Positions 24,214-37,700 of a DNA stretch of 57,491 nucleotides are shown here, in pieces (the first letter of the stretch is position 1; every line of letters begins with the position of its first letter). The translations under genes were made by a program, and so were the position numbers. Location: contig KZ538125.1 of NCBI GenBank assembly GCA_000934665.2, positions 62,001 to 119,491 on the forward strand. The letters run 5' to 3'. The stretch is from Catajapyx aquilonaris. Its lineage: Eukaryota. The notes beneath the pieces are model-generated. The model was not told the origin of the DNA and searched no databases. It saw only the letters and a program-made list of their open reading frames with translations.

Positions 24214-25190
24214 TTAATACTTTGACTGCCAGAGCGTCACATTTTTTTTCACAAAAATACTGACCAAATATGTCAACGCCAACGGATCAAATTCTTGCAC
24301 ACTTTTATTGTATTGTCAGCACATATGCTGGAAAACTACAGTACTCATAACGACAGCTCTATAGTCTGGAGTGGAGAAGCCCTCCTATATATTGAACGAT
24401 ACTTGCCGCAATGTACAACCAGTTATTTGCATCACGTTGCGATATGGAACACGGAAGGAAGCATTGTAGGCTATAATGAGTTCCTAATGGATGTTGAAAG
24501 AGGCAGCTGCAGAATCGTCGCTAGATTTGTCGCCTGATGGGAATGGACAAGTGAGAGAATCGGTCGGATACTCTATACATCGAGTGTATATATCAGGAGC
24601 AAAGTCCCTTGCAGGATTCATTTTTCACAGCCAACCCAAGATAAGTCCACGTTCCTGTGCTGCCAAAGACAGCGAGGTAAGTGAGGTGAACTGCCAAGAA
24701 TTTATAGCTGTCTTATTCGTAGGCGAAAGTGGCTCGAAAGATGCGCCCAAGTTATCCTCCGCTATGCAGATAGAGCCGAATGGAACTGACATTAACTGGA
24801 ACAATTTTACACTGCGGAGTACGTTTGTCTTGCATATCTGATAAAGACAACTGGAAGTGTGCCCATAACCAGAATTTTCTGTATGTATTTGAATACAATC
24901 TAGCATACAAATCTTTTGAATGCCATCTAATTGCTGAATAAGTTCCTCAAAAATATCATTTTCCAACCCCAATTGTCCACCTCCAGCAAGACCTGGAATC
25001 GTCCAGAAGCAGATTATTAAAATCTATCAAGAAGGGTCATCCGTGAGTGATCCCCGGCAAAGTAGTTCATTGTTCTCTCCTCGTAAAAATATGCTCATTA
25101 TCGATGAAAAACTGGGTGGTCTGGATGTGGTGAAAGCGTGGGAAGCGAAGTGCATGAAGTGATTATCCAACAATACGTACTAGTCCACGC
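24214..25190 (+). mobile_element. Highly degenerate piggyBac-like transposon (possible left end plus transposase relic)
   Basis: TTAA at 24214-24217 is followed by TACTTTGACTGCC, a terminus-like sequence. Collinear frameshifted peptides WNNFT (24797), LAYLIKTTG, MYLNT, FSNPNCPPPARPG (24959), FSPRKNMLIIDE (25073-25108) and QQY (25168) follow the order of the piggyBac motifs WxxxT, LGLLIxMG, YWS, HFxDN, YxPGxNLxIDE and QY. Confidence 0.5.
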
Positions 25191-25939
25191 GTTCATGCTT
25201 ATGCTTGGAGTGGGCCATCATTTAACCCGACGTATACAGATAGTCCTGATTTATTCTACCCTCCCCTAGCGGTCATATGGTGTCCTGATTTTCTGCCAGC
25301 AGCACTAGCATGTACAGGGTGGAGAAAAGGAAGTAAGGAAAATGTTATATATCTCGCACCTGTTAGTGCGGGTGAAGGCAGGGCGAGGAGCCATCGCGGG
25401 TCGTTTGGCAACGAAACTAATTGGAGAGGTGCTGCTAGTGGCCATTTTGCTTCTTGCCGGGTAGATGGCCCACAATTACGTTAATGAGCCAGCGAAGCTC
25501 CTTTCCGGACTCGCAGCCAGCTTTTCCAGACTAATTCTCAACTCCAAAGTCGGAGAAATGCTGGAGCCACAACTGCTGGGAATTATGCTTGCCTCATTTT
25601 AGAATGTACGCTGGGATGTCTTTTCTTGCCTTGGGTAATGACTGGGAACCGGAGGATGTACTAAAAGCATACTTATAAAAATGGGATATTGATTTTTGAG
25701 TGTCTCACTTTTTGGCTGTTAATATACTGGCTTATGAGAGGGTAAGCTTATGGGGGTAATTAGCCTACTGACGCTTTTCACATGTGGCTTCGTGCTGTGG
25801 CGGAACTGTGTTTACGGATGCTCAGAATTCTGCGTTCCAATGATGAAGCACCGGAAAGCTTTTCAGGAAGAGTAAATTACTTCTGGCGAACCAAGTGGAA
25901 AATATTTTGTAACTAGCAGATCAGGTTGAGGTAACTGGC

Positions 25940-26175
25940 TCTTTTTTTGAATAAGCTCGAAAGCTTGACGTATAGATGTTTAGGTTATAGAAACATTCAT
26001 CAGCAATGGAACATACCTTGATCTACAAAAATATCATCGACCACGTGGATTTGTTCGCTTTAGATTTTTTCGAAGAAAAAAGTCTTATAGAACGGCTCTG
26101 TCTGTGGACAGGTATCAGACAGACAGACAGAGCCGTGCTATAAGACTTTTTCTGTTTTCGGGTTCCGGGTTCACT
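25940..26175 (+). mobile_element. DINE-1/Helentron-like non-autonomous element fragment with an inverted repeat
   Basis: A (CAGA)n tract followed by CTATAAG and a GGGTTCC-containing tail resembles insect DINE/HINE ends. A 29-bp inverted repeat lies at 26077-26105 and 26123-26151. Boundaries are approximate. Confidence 0.4.
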
Positions 26176-28159
26176 CTATCCGCCCCTGGCTGCACCCTCC
26201 TCCCACCACTCCCTCCCCCTGACCCCCCACTCCCCCAGATCACCCTTTCCCACCTCCCAGTGCCGTGACCGACGTTGGGGACAATAGCAGTAGGGTAAAT
26301 ATGAAAAAGTATACTCTAATCACGCTTACGTGATTTTCCAACCATGTTTTTATTTCGTAAGATCAACTTTTTGTATTACGGGAGCGTAGTCGTAATATAC
26401 TCCCAAAATAATCAAACAATTTAAAAAGCCCGAAAGGTAAATATGAAAGTGAACTTGTTCACTCCCCTTAAGTGATTTATCCACACCATTCTGTGCTAAA
26501 GCATGCTCCACACTCTGGTTGGGTAAACGTCGAGATATCACAGCAAAGCAAGAGCATGGCACGTTATGTAAAATGACACTAAATAACTGTTCAAGTGACA
26601 AAGTACCTCTTGGTTATTTTATGAAGCAGCAGAAAGTGGTTTTTAAGTTGATAAGCGCTCTAATCCTCCAGCAAGTAGTCCAAAGTCCTTTTTCCGACGC
26701 CACTTCAGAGGTTGACTTAGCACACCAGTCTTGTGTGTCCAGCACCGTTGTCTGCCCCACCCACCCTATCCCTTCCCTATTCCCCTACCCAGCTCCATAA
26801 CTATCCTCAACCCATCCCCTAAAGCCAATCTCCGGAATCTTTCTGCCCGATTTGTGCCCCGTTTTTGGACGGCTGATAAAACGAGGTCTGAATCCATTTC
26901 CGACTGGCCCTTTAGAGCACATAAAACCCATCGATAACCAGCAAAATAAATGTCCTTATCTTGTAATCGCCTGGTTAATGGAGCAGGATTAACGTTTTAA
27001 AATTCATGAAGCGGAGATTTGCATGTGCTCTGAACCCACAGTGAAGAGATGAGTTGTTTTGCACCGCGTAACCGCCGCTATTTCACACACACACCCACAC
27101 TCATGTCGACTCTGTCTTTTCCAGAGTAATTTCAATTCGAGACAGCAGCCCCAGTGCGGTGGTCACTCGACGGTACATATGCTGTCAGATTCCCCTTCTC
27201 TCTATATTGCACTTCCAAGCCCACACCGGCTACACCCACCCCACCTTGTTGATTCATGCGGTCCACTGACCACTGCCGGAGTTTGCTGAAGAGTTTCATT
27301 AGCCAGGTGTCCGTCGAGCTTTTCCTCTCCACTTGAGTGAAACACTACTCAATTTCTCTCCCCTTTGGGTACGCCTCCGACAGAATGAGGCTATAGCATG
27401 TTGGTTGAATGTGAACTGAATCCTCCCAAGATGAAAACCTTTCCTTATATATATAGAAAACACTGTTGTTGTTTTTTTTGATGTGGTTCAACCCATCTCT
27501 TACATACTTTCCTGGATATAGGAGCTGAAGTTGCAGTTTGTGGAGGGAAATTACATTTCCATCACCAAGACCTCTCTTCGGAGCATCCCGTTCCCAGAGG
27601 ACGTTTCCATCCGAATGTCATTGAAGAAGCGTGCCATTTTTTATACGGCCAAAGTTGGCAATGAGCGCTTTTGTTCAGCTAAAAAGTGGCTGAACCTACA
27701 CTTTTATATTTCCCTTTAGAGGAAGCGACTCTTTCATTCAAAATTTATTTGCTATTCGCGTGTAGTAGTTATATTATCTTGCACTAAGCCTTCGCTAATC
27801 AATTTTATAAACAATGTATGATGTCAATTACAGCATATTATAGAATAGTAAGGAAAAGTCAAATGGTGTAATTATATTCCGGTTCTAAAGGCTCAATGTG
27901 TTTTGAGAAATAATGGCATATTGTTTAACTAAAAAGTGGGATATTAAGCCACAACCTCGCAACACAGCATAATAGTGGCTTCTGTATCCCTTTGACATAG
28001 TGTGTGGTCGCGCTTTTTAAAAAAAGTACAACATAATTAGCGCGTGTATAGCCCTCTTTGTGGGATTACGCTATGTAAAAATCGAAAATTGTGAAATTTT
28101 ATACAATATTCTCAAGTATAAATGGAACTGACAGTAGAGAAACTCAATTTGTCGGGTAT

Positions 28160-28232
28160 AGCCCCCATCGGAAATCGAACTGGAGACTTCCCCAATGCAA
28201 TCTTCACGCCCTACACACTCCAAGGCCTATTA
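28160..28232 (-). mobile_element. Degenerate tRNA-derived SINE head
   Basis: The minus strand reads TAGGCCTTGGAGTGTGTAGGGCGT (A-box/D-arm-like) ... CAGTTCGATTTCCG (B-box, 28180-28170) at tRNA-like spacing. There is no intact cloverleaf. Confidence 0.4.
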
Positions 28233-31200
28233 CTACAAAACTTTCTTTGCGGTTTTAAAATAAAAACTGAAACAGCTTATAATTCAGCTAATTAACGTCT
28301 CCTTGCACTGGCTTGTGTCAAAATCAGGTCATTTAATATCACATAATGTCCTACTGGGTGTTCCACCATAATACATATACGTGAACACTATGGCCAGAAA
28401 TTGATATATATCATAACTATATTGTATCTATGGCTTGGTGGTCACCCTTGTCCCGATGACCTCCCATAGCTGGTAGACGTGAAATGGGGCCACAAGCGAT
28501 TCCCAACCCCGATTTACACGAGCCGGCGCGTTCACATCCCAGCAGGCGCAATAATCCGATGCGATAGCCTGCCTCATCGATAATTGCGCACTGTTTCCGA
28601 TTGTTCTGCTAAAGTGCTACCGGTATCAACAGCTGCCTTAAAGAGTTGCTGCCGAATAATTTACACTGCTGGATAATGGAAGCCCATGACTTTTAACCTC
28701 TCTTCAACTCTTGAATCATCACAAAGCCTCTGTGGAAACTGTGGTCACCAAATTGACCGTGTTCAAGTCGAAAAAAATGTACGCTAAAATTTATATGAGC
28801 GAAACTCGCAGGATTTTGTGAATGGCCAACCTTTGGCATCGGCTCAATTACTGCTCACAGTTTGTTAATGGTATTTTTTCCCCCCCGCTGTGAATATTCC
28901 TCTGGAAAGAATATGGCACGAATCCCGCACTTTGTGGTGATGCATTAATCCAGATGTTCATTAATTCCAACCGTCAAACAAGTCCTCTCTTCACGGATAC
29001 GTGGAGCTAATGCGTTGCTTCAAACCACAAACTCATTCCTGCCCTATGGGACCGTGATTCATCAGATAGACATCAATAAAAAGCCAGTGGCCGTTTTCGC
29101 CAAAAAAAAGAAATAAAAAAATGTAGCCATCCCATAGAATGGACCTGCTCTGTGGTTGGCTGTCAGACCATTGGTGTAATATTCTGGCTCAACACTTTCT
29201 CCTTTTTTTTCTAGGGAATCCTTCCCATTCTACTAAGAGACTCTTAAAACCACACCTCAGTCCAATAACTCCTTTTCCCCTGCCGAATTACGAGGCTCTC
29301 TCGAGCCTATAAAAGTGCGCCATGATTTTCTATCTCTCAATTCGGCCAGTGTTATTTCGTTAGCGTCCGTTTGACCACCGCTATTGTGTCCTCGGAATTC
29401 GTTCAGACCTTCGATGCACGTCGGCCAAGAGCCTCTTCCGTGCTTTTCTCTCTCATCATTTGCTACAGATGACTTGTGCCGCAGTATTTTTTTTCCTCTC
29501 TTCCTTCCTTCCTTCGCGTCACCCAATTTGTCCTTTGCTTCGACATTTTTTTGCAATCGTGTGTTCTCTACGGTCACTGGGATATTCTGTGCCACCCACT
29601 TCTGAAGTTGACTCATGGAATGAGACTTGTCACAATAATGTTGGAAAGTAGGTCGTATCTTCCTGGGAGGTAGGACAACACGATATGGGAAATTTCAATG
29701 AAAAATATTTGTTGATAAAGAATAAGACGTGGAGCTGACAGCATTGCCTCATAAACAAACGTGCGTCTTTTCATGCTGTTTCAATTTTATATCTAAGCAC
29801 TATTTCACGTGTACGAGGCAATCTTGTTACAGTGTGTCACAGGCACGTCTACTGTTGCAGATTTTCAACAAAAAAAGAGTGATCGCGAACCACCGCTTTC
29901 AGCTAACATTTTCATAAAATTAAAGAGAGGATCAATGGATCATTTTAAGTTAGAACATGTTGCGATGATACTGATAAGCTGAAAATTAAAGCTATCTATT
30001 AAACCATTTGCTTAAAATGAAATTAGGAAGTCTCCTGATGGTAATTTAATTATTTTCACTCATTAAGCAAAACTATCTAATGAACGCCTTAAATCAGTCT
30101 CAATTACGTCGTATTTTTTGGGGGGTAACTCTAAATTGCGTGCCATCAGCCATTACCCAAGTACCTTAATTCGGTATTACACCCTAAGAAGGTGGGTCTG
30201 CGATAGCATTTTCCTACCATGCACAGTATAATTAGAGTCCCGGAATAAAATAAGCAGGTCACAATAAGTTTCCGCACTTCTAAACTGGGAGAATATCCAA
30301 CATTAATGCTGGGCCGTGAACGGTTACCGGGCACTATTCCTGTGTTTTCATGTGACAGGTAACGGCCTGGGTGTGAAATATGTAAGGATCGTGCCTTTCG
30401 TGCGGTATTTCTGAAACGAGGTGAAAATGAGTCTCTCCAAGGGGACATTAACACACTATTAAATTATGAGGAAAAATCCTTTTTTCGGTGATCCACGAGT
30501 GGGAGGTGGGAGGAGTAAAATCCACTTTCTGAAATGATTAGCGAGAGCCAAGGGATTATGCAGACGGCCTATAGTAAAGATGTGCGTTCAGAAGGGATAT
30601 ATACGTTGCGTATGCTAAGTTGAAACCTCTCTGGGATGAAGTTAGCGAGAGAGAGAAAATACAAGCCCACCCTGAAAAGAGGCCTGTACAGTTGGTATAT
30701 AGGAAAAGGGGGCGTGTATGTGGAACCTTACATCTAAGCAGGGGCTAGACGCATGTAAATATACTAGTATGAAAGCCTCTTTACGCCGCCCTAATGAACA
30801 GCCCCGGGGAAATGACCCATTGTGCTAATGGCCGCCCCCCATATAAGAAGAGCTCTTTTCCCTTCATCCTTTCCATCACCTAATTTTGGTCTCAATCGCG
30901 ACATAATTGCAGCAAGGATTATGAATAGGAAGTTCAAGGCATTGTCCATCAGGCTTCAAGTAGCAATGGGGCACTCATGAAAAATGCATGTGAGAAGTAA
31001 AGCGGAAATTAAATTGGGCGTCAGAACAAACGGGAGGTTTCTTTTGCAATTCCTCAAACTCGGCGGGTTTCCCTGGGAGAAGAGAGAAGCCTGGAGGTCT
31101 CCGAGGAGAATTCTGGAAAATGAGGTTAAAGCCGTCGAAGCGTGGAACATATGCCTCCTGACATGACTGGCCTTGGGGCCTGCACCACTTCTCTTCCGGA

Positions 31201-32135
31201 TACACTCTTCTGCAGACTTGCACCATGGGCTGAAAGGGGCGGATTTACAAATGAAGAATTACCGGAGCTAATTATGACCCCAGCTGGGAGAGGGTTTTCT
31301 AGGAGGAAAAATTGTTAGACGGTGAACCTCGAGTAATCACATCTAGCTACCCTCTGGTTTCTGTGATAATTTAATGCTATATGCTACCCCGTTTTGTACA
31401 GTCGGTTTTGATCACAGGGCAGTATTAATGAGGCTGCTGATGGGCATCTGGTTACTGTAGTAGTAAGTGAAATTGATTCCATCAACGCGGGCACCGCATT
31501 TATGGACCTAATTCCTAGACATTCCGACGTTTGACATGCTAACGAGCAACAGGCAATGATTTTTTTGTAACTGAAAAATTCAGTTGCAAAAACAGCAAGG
31601 ACCTGTTGGAGTTATGCAGTTGGTCTTAAATCATGGTGCAGTTTTATACATTACTAGAAAAGATTCTCAACTCGGATGCTGTCTCTCATTCGGTCGTTTG
31701 TGTGTTTTTCCTCTCCTTCTTCCTCCTGGGAGAGTGGTGTGGAAGTGTGGTGGAATGGGTTTTGCAGTGGGGTGTGAGAGAAAGAGAGGGGGTCGGAAAA
31801 TCCCCGAGACATTAGTGCCTGGTGGTAAGAACTTTTTTTGCAAAAGAATAAGGGCTAGAGATGCTGTTGAGCCATTGAAAAAAATTTGGGGGGCCTAATG
31901 AACCCTCATCCAGAAATGACCGGGAGTCTTCCTTGTATAATCCAGGGTGATGACGGGGGAAAAACAAGTGGCGGGGAAAAGCGATGAGAAATAGTCTAAT
32001 CGATAGGAAGATTATTAATTGCCCAATTTGACCCGTCGCTCATCGGATAGGTTGATTAATTAAGTTAGCGGGTCTGGAGATGGGGCTTAACCAGGATAAA
32101 GAAAAGATTTCCCATTGCGCCCCCCCCCCCCCCCC

Positions 32136-32308
32136 NNNNNNNNNNNNNNNNNNNNNNNNNNNNNNNNNNNNNNNNNNNNNNNNNNNNNNNNNNNNNNNNN
32201 NNNNNNNNNNNNNNNNNNNNNNNNNNNNNNNNNNNNNNNNNNNNNNNNNNNNNNNNNNNNNNNNNNNNNNNNNNNNNNNNNNNNNNNNNNNNNNNNNNNN
32301 NNNNNNNN
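32136..32308. other. Assembly gap adjacent to a poly-C run
   Basis: Continuous run of Ns. Confidence 0.99.
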
Positions 32309-34636
32309 AAAAATGAGCACTGTGATTTACTGTAGTCAGTGTAGTGGAACAAAAATTAGCCCTACCGAAGTGCTCTCGATAGAGATGTTAAAAAGTCCAG
32401 ATCGGTTCCGCTGAAGGCAAAAAGCCCGTGGGAAAGTCGCAGAGAAACTCAGTTGCCCGGAGAAATTGACTTATAAGGCAGGAATCGGACCATCGGCCCA
32501 TAAATCCAATCGAAGTGCAATGGCAGCAGGTCCCCTCTTGAGTCATACCGATAAGCGCAGGAGTTCAGGTGGATCAAGTAAAATCCAGGTGAGTGCCTGA
32601 GGACATATGAACAAAAAAAAAGGACCTCACTCCAGCAAAATAAAGGAGTCTGCTTCTATTCACAAAACAAAGCAGGGGGTCTGACGGTACGGATTTTGAT
32701 GTTACAAAAGCCTTGGCTTTATTATCTCACCAAGGTGAGTGGCTTGCTAAGGCCTGCTCTGGCACCTAAATAAATGCCTTGTAAACGCTAATAAAGCAGT
32801 GAAAAGGATCGAGGCGAAGGGCGCATTTTTCCTAAGCTTCAGCCAACCCGCTTCGTACAATTTATGCAAAATAGAATAGCCGGGCCTGTCATGCTAATCC
32901 TGTGGAATCAATAGCAGACTGCAAATGAGCAGGTTAAAAATTACCACCGGCGCCTGAAGTCATCAAACTACGCGTATGTGCAGATGTGATTATACCGAGC
33001 AGGAACATAACTCGTAACAAATAGAAAGACCTGTACTATAAATGAATCAGTTAGAAAAACCCTCTTACTTCGGTACAAATGACAAGAGATTGGATCTCTA
33101 CCAACTGTCCTGTTTTAGTGATTGGGGATCGTAAAATGTCACATAGAAACTCTTAAGGAAGATTTAAGTGGCTCTCAAGTCTTTCGAAGCGAGGTGCGAA
33201 AAAGAAGATCCAAAGGACACATTATAGCCCCCATACCTTTGCTGCTTTTTTGCTCATCAAGGCTAATTCTCTAATTGACCCCCTTTGTTCTATGCCCTCC
33301 TCATTAATAAGCACCTCATCATTCAGGCTCACGTCATACTTTCATTTGGGGCGCTGATTATCATTTATCATAAAGATGCAGATTTTCTAATCCTTCACTC
33401 GCTTCACTTTGTCCAGGCATTACCTTTTAATTAAAAAACCCCCCCTTCATAAATGCCCGATGCAAAGGAAATATTTACAGACAGCGTAGCTTTTCGCGTA
33501 TCCCACGGCCAAGTATTGATTTTTCTCTGGCTGCAGCAGCATTTCTGCCCGTAACCACCTCAGCCAACCTCACCCCCCCAAAACCCCTGACTAGTACCCA
33601 CCCATCCGAACCCATCTACCCCACCCAACACTACGAGGATTTTGGCACACTGCCCTTCACTTGATCACCTAACTCATCTCTTATTTTCAACTCCTAAAAC
33701 TCTGAAACTAAACTTTCAACCTATTGTTACCTGAGTGGAAAAAAGTTGCCTGCCAGGCTTGTTTTCCCATCATAAAGTTACGACCGGTTTTTCCCCACAT
33801 TCATTAGGAACAACCAACCAACTTGGCACAGTTTCCTCCAAATGTAATGATGATGTGGTTATAATTAACCTGTCCTGCATATACCCCAATGCGACATTGA
33901 TAAAAATGTCCTGAAGATAAGTCCTCCATGTCCTATGGCGCTATGGGAGCTTCCGAGCCAAGCAACCCTATCTTGAAGATTTTAAGTCAAATTTCAGAAC
34001 AATCAGTATTTTTTCCACCTGTTGTTACATTGCTTTCACGTAGCCCCTAGGTTTTTCAATGCACGTCACATTTTTTGGAGGACATTATGTGCATTTTTGG
34101 ATGCGAATCCCCATTACCATATACAAGCAAGGAGGAAGCGTCGACTCGGCTCGAGGGAAAAGAGGGTATTGTGCAGCCGGTAGAAAACCAGAAGCCATTT
34201 GGATCATTAAGTCAACGCTGCTATTGGCAGAGTGTGTTAACAGCCCCATTGTCATCTACTTAGCTGCTTCTCCTTTTCTTCTGCTCAAAGGCTTCCGGAG
34301 GCCCTTTTTTTTCTTTGCCCTATTTGCGCTACAAAGAATCAAGGCTCCATGGACAAAAGAGGAGTCAACTAATGGTTTGATCGCAAGAGTGTAATTAATG
34401 CGAATACTAAATGTGATGCTTGATATTTCGGCTCTAATTTGATTGGCGACGCGATTATTTTTAATAGATAGTAAAAAAGAGCCCATTGAGCTGGGACATT
34501 ATTTGGTGGAAACGCACGGATTACCCAAGTGACATAAATTAAGTTTAGGTGTCCCAGATGAGCGCCATGTTTGAAACGATTGACGTAGCACGAAGCTGAG
34601 GTTGTAACTTTGAACAACATGTACAGACACCACCAA

Positions 34637-34736
34637 AAAATTCCTCTACATATAGAGGAATTTTCCTTAAATAAAGGAACATTCCTCTACATGTAGAGGA
34701 ATCTTCCTCTACATGTAGAGGAATCTTCCTTTATTT
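34637..34736. repeat. Array of palindromic TTCCTCTACATGTAGAGGAA units
   Basis: Copies at 34641-34660 (1 mismatch), 34682-34701 and 34704-34723, flanked by AAATAAAGGAA and TTCCTTTATTT. Confidence 0.92.
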
Positions 34737-37700
34737 CAAATATATCTGGAAAATTCCAGCCGAATCAAGCTGTGTCATTCAGTAGTTTATCCAATAGAGA
34801 TTATTAGCCCAAGGCTTGACTGAAGCCAAGCAAGGGTCTGCTCCATCCTTGCCCTAAAGCAGAGAAAATCACATCGATTTCTTGATCCAGCCAAAGACAG
34901 GAGGGGCTTCTGGAAGTAGAGGAGCGAAGGTGGGAAAGAGTGATAATTTCCATTGATGCAGGAAATTAAAGAGCTTTTCAGGTGCCAACGCCAGTTCATT
35001 TCAGGGTGATGAATGCCATAGGGAATTTGGGATAGATGGTAGGTGTGCATCAGGGAGGAAACGGCTCCAGGAAAAAAGAAGGAAGAAGAAGAAAAAAACG
35101 TGGCGCGCATCTCTACTTACAATCGATAAGACTTCTACACGGCTTCGGATTGGCCTCCGGAAGAAAATAGGTTGGAATTTCTATCTCTGGATGGGTGAGC
35201 GATTACCTAAAGGCTAGGCTTCCTGTTGATTCCCGGTCTGCGCCGGCTTCATTGACGCACTGATCGACTTGGAAGTGGTCACGATTGGCACAAACTGGTG
35301 GGAAATCCAGAAGAGGTTCTGCTCCTACAGTAGCCCTTACCTTCCCACCATAACATCTCTTAGCCCCCCAGGAGAGAAGAGGGGAAAACCTTTCAGGCCC
35401 TCCTTCACTGTCCGTTCTCTGCTGGAATGGAACTAATCCATCTCCATTTGCCCCAGTGAAGGGAACAGAGATGACGGGCCTGCGTCGAAGACAATCATAC
35501 CTTTCTTACTGGAATGCCAGCACAACTGCCGTCAGAATTTACTCCTTGATGGTGTCCAACACATCAACAACTGTCGCGCTCAAGGCAGTACTTGGCACCA
35601 AGTTATTGGGAGATAATATCAGGTCCCAGCAGGGAGGAAAGGGATTTTACAGGAGTTTTTAAAAGGCGAAAAAGGAGGCAATTGTTGGAAAAAAAATATT
35701 ATTAAAAACTTGGCTAAAATATTGGGGTAATAAAACATAGGCGTGCCACATGCTTTTGACACTAACGATGTTAACAAATGTTCGTATTCTCGCATCCTTA
35801 TTAATAAAGTTGGACGGCAGTCGTATCCCTGGCAGATATTTTTCATAATGAAATTTGTACTGCATCCCAGCTGTAAACAGCTAGGTCTGAAATATTGCGC
35901 CCAGTTGGCCATTATTAAATTATTTTCAGGTAATACTAGGGCCTTTGCCTAGCTGGGAAGCAAGAGGAAGCCATATTTCCCATCTGACCGTCTAACGCAG
36001 TTATGATAGTAACCATGGAGAGTTTTGTGATCTCCAAGCGGTCACTGATACTTAATCTTTGTTTTGGTCAAGTTTGGTGTATGTTTCTCTTTAAAAAACT
36101 AGGTGCACATGATTGTGAAGGTGCTCAAACAAGTTTATACAATTTCACGTTTAATTTCTACGAAACTATCACCCATTAACTATCTCATTAAAGTATTGCC
36201 GATTTGCACTAATTATTTTACTAAAATGCCCGGATTATATCATTGTTGATGTAATAATGTGAATGCCTGGTTATGTAACTGGCGTCCATCATTTCTCTCT
36301 ATCCATGCGTATGCCTAATTGACTTCACAACCAGTGGAAGTTAGTAGCGTACGTGCCATGCTGGTACTGCAGGATGTAGGTCACTTTTAGTGTTGATTAG
36401 GGTAGGTCGTGCTAACTTTGGTCTAATTTATTCGGCATGGGGGGCGCTGAAGCAGAACCCTTGCTTTGAAGAGCATAAAAAATTAGGGTTGCTGGAACTC
36501 GCCAGCGGGTCTCTAATTTAACGGCGTGGAGGAAGTCCGAATGTAAAGACTCGATGTGTATAGCTCAACTAGATCATCCGAAGTTTTTCGAAGTAATACT
36601 ATAGGTCTAATAGCATGTATAAATTTCCTCCGTTAATATTTTTATTTTTTAAAATATTTATTTGTATTAAGCATTACAAATGATGCCGCATTTGAGAGGA
36701 CGCGGTCAAATATTTTTATTCAAATATACAATCGGACATTTTGGCAGCAGGTCTGAGTATTTGGACATTAATTTCTAGTTGGGGCTTTACGGTACATTTT
36801 TATTACACAAAAAATGTCTCTGTCATACTTTAATAATAGCTGACATGCAGCTGAAAGCCCACATGCAGCATTATTCCATTATTTTCGTGATATACAAAAT
36901 CCTACAGTAGGCCTAACTAACATTCACAATTTCACATATTCCATTAGAGTAAATGTGAGTGTATCTTTACCAATGTGTTGATTGGTTTTGATCATTATTG
37001 ATATTTTTAAATATGGTACTGCCAGAGATTTTGACTCTCATTTTGCACTGAGAGTGAATTTTATGTTCGTCATAAGTTCACTCTGAGTTCGAGTGCCCCA
37101 CAGCACATTTCCCTTCTTTTTTTTCAACTTCAAGAAACTTCTGTAGTGTACATCAGTAAAAAAGAAAAAATATCTATATCGACTGACACGCCGCAAGGAG
37201 TTTCGTCTTATTTTCAAAGGTGAAGACTGTTTCTGTAGGCGAAGAAAATAAGTTTCCGAAGAGCCAGAGGCACCCGAGGGGCATAAAAAAATGTCGGTTA
37301 TGAACGTGAAGCGAATAATAAAAAGGGAGTTGCAGCTCCTTCATCTTGCAGTGCACATCTACATTTGCTCTGCTGGGCCATGAAAATAGGTCTCCGAGAC
37401 TTCCCTTTCTTCTCCCTTAGCTTTCTACCATGTTGGAAAATTTAATTAAGCATACCGAAACACGATTTTCGCTTAAGAGGATCCGAGCAGGAAGTGACGT
37501 CAACGTGGAACAAGGCTGGATCGCTCCAAGCCCATCTTTCTCCCTGTTTAAAATACATAACAGGCATTAACTTTATCACCTTTGTGTCACCCAGCAAGGT
37601 GTATGCGTAAATATTGAATAATTGTATCGATCGTGCAGTGCATTACCCTAATTAGGTTCCATCGTGCCATGCCGCCTTTTTTTATATACTCTGTTGGATA

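Noticed and set aside
28352..28366. Tc1/mariner-like TIR TACTGGGTGTTCCA
   Set aside because: I saw no partner TIR or transposase.
32065..32414. ORFs spanning X runs
   Set aside because: They are artefacts of the N gap.
34637..34736. CRISPR-like palindromic repeats
   Set aside because: There are no unique spacers of regular length and no cas genes, and the context is eukaryotic.
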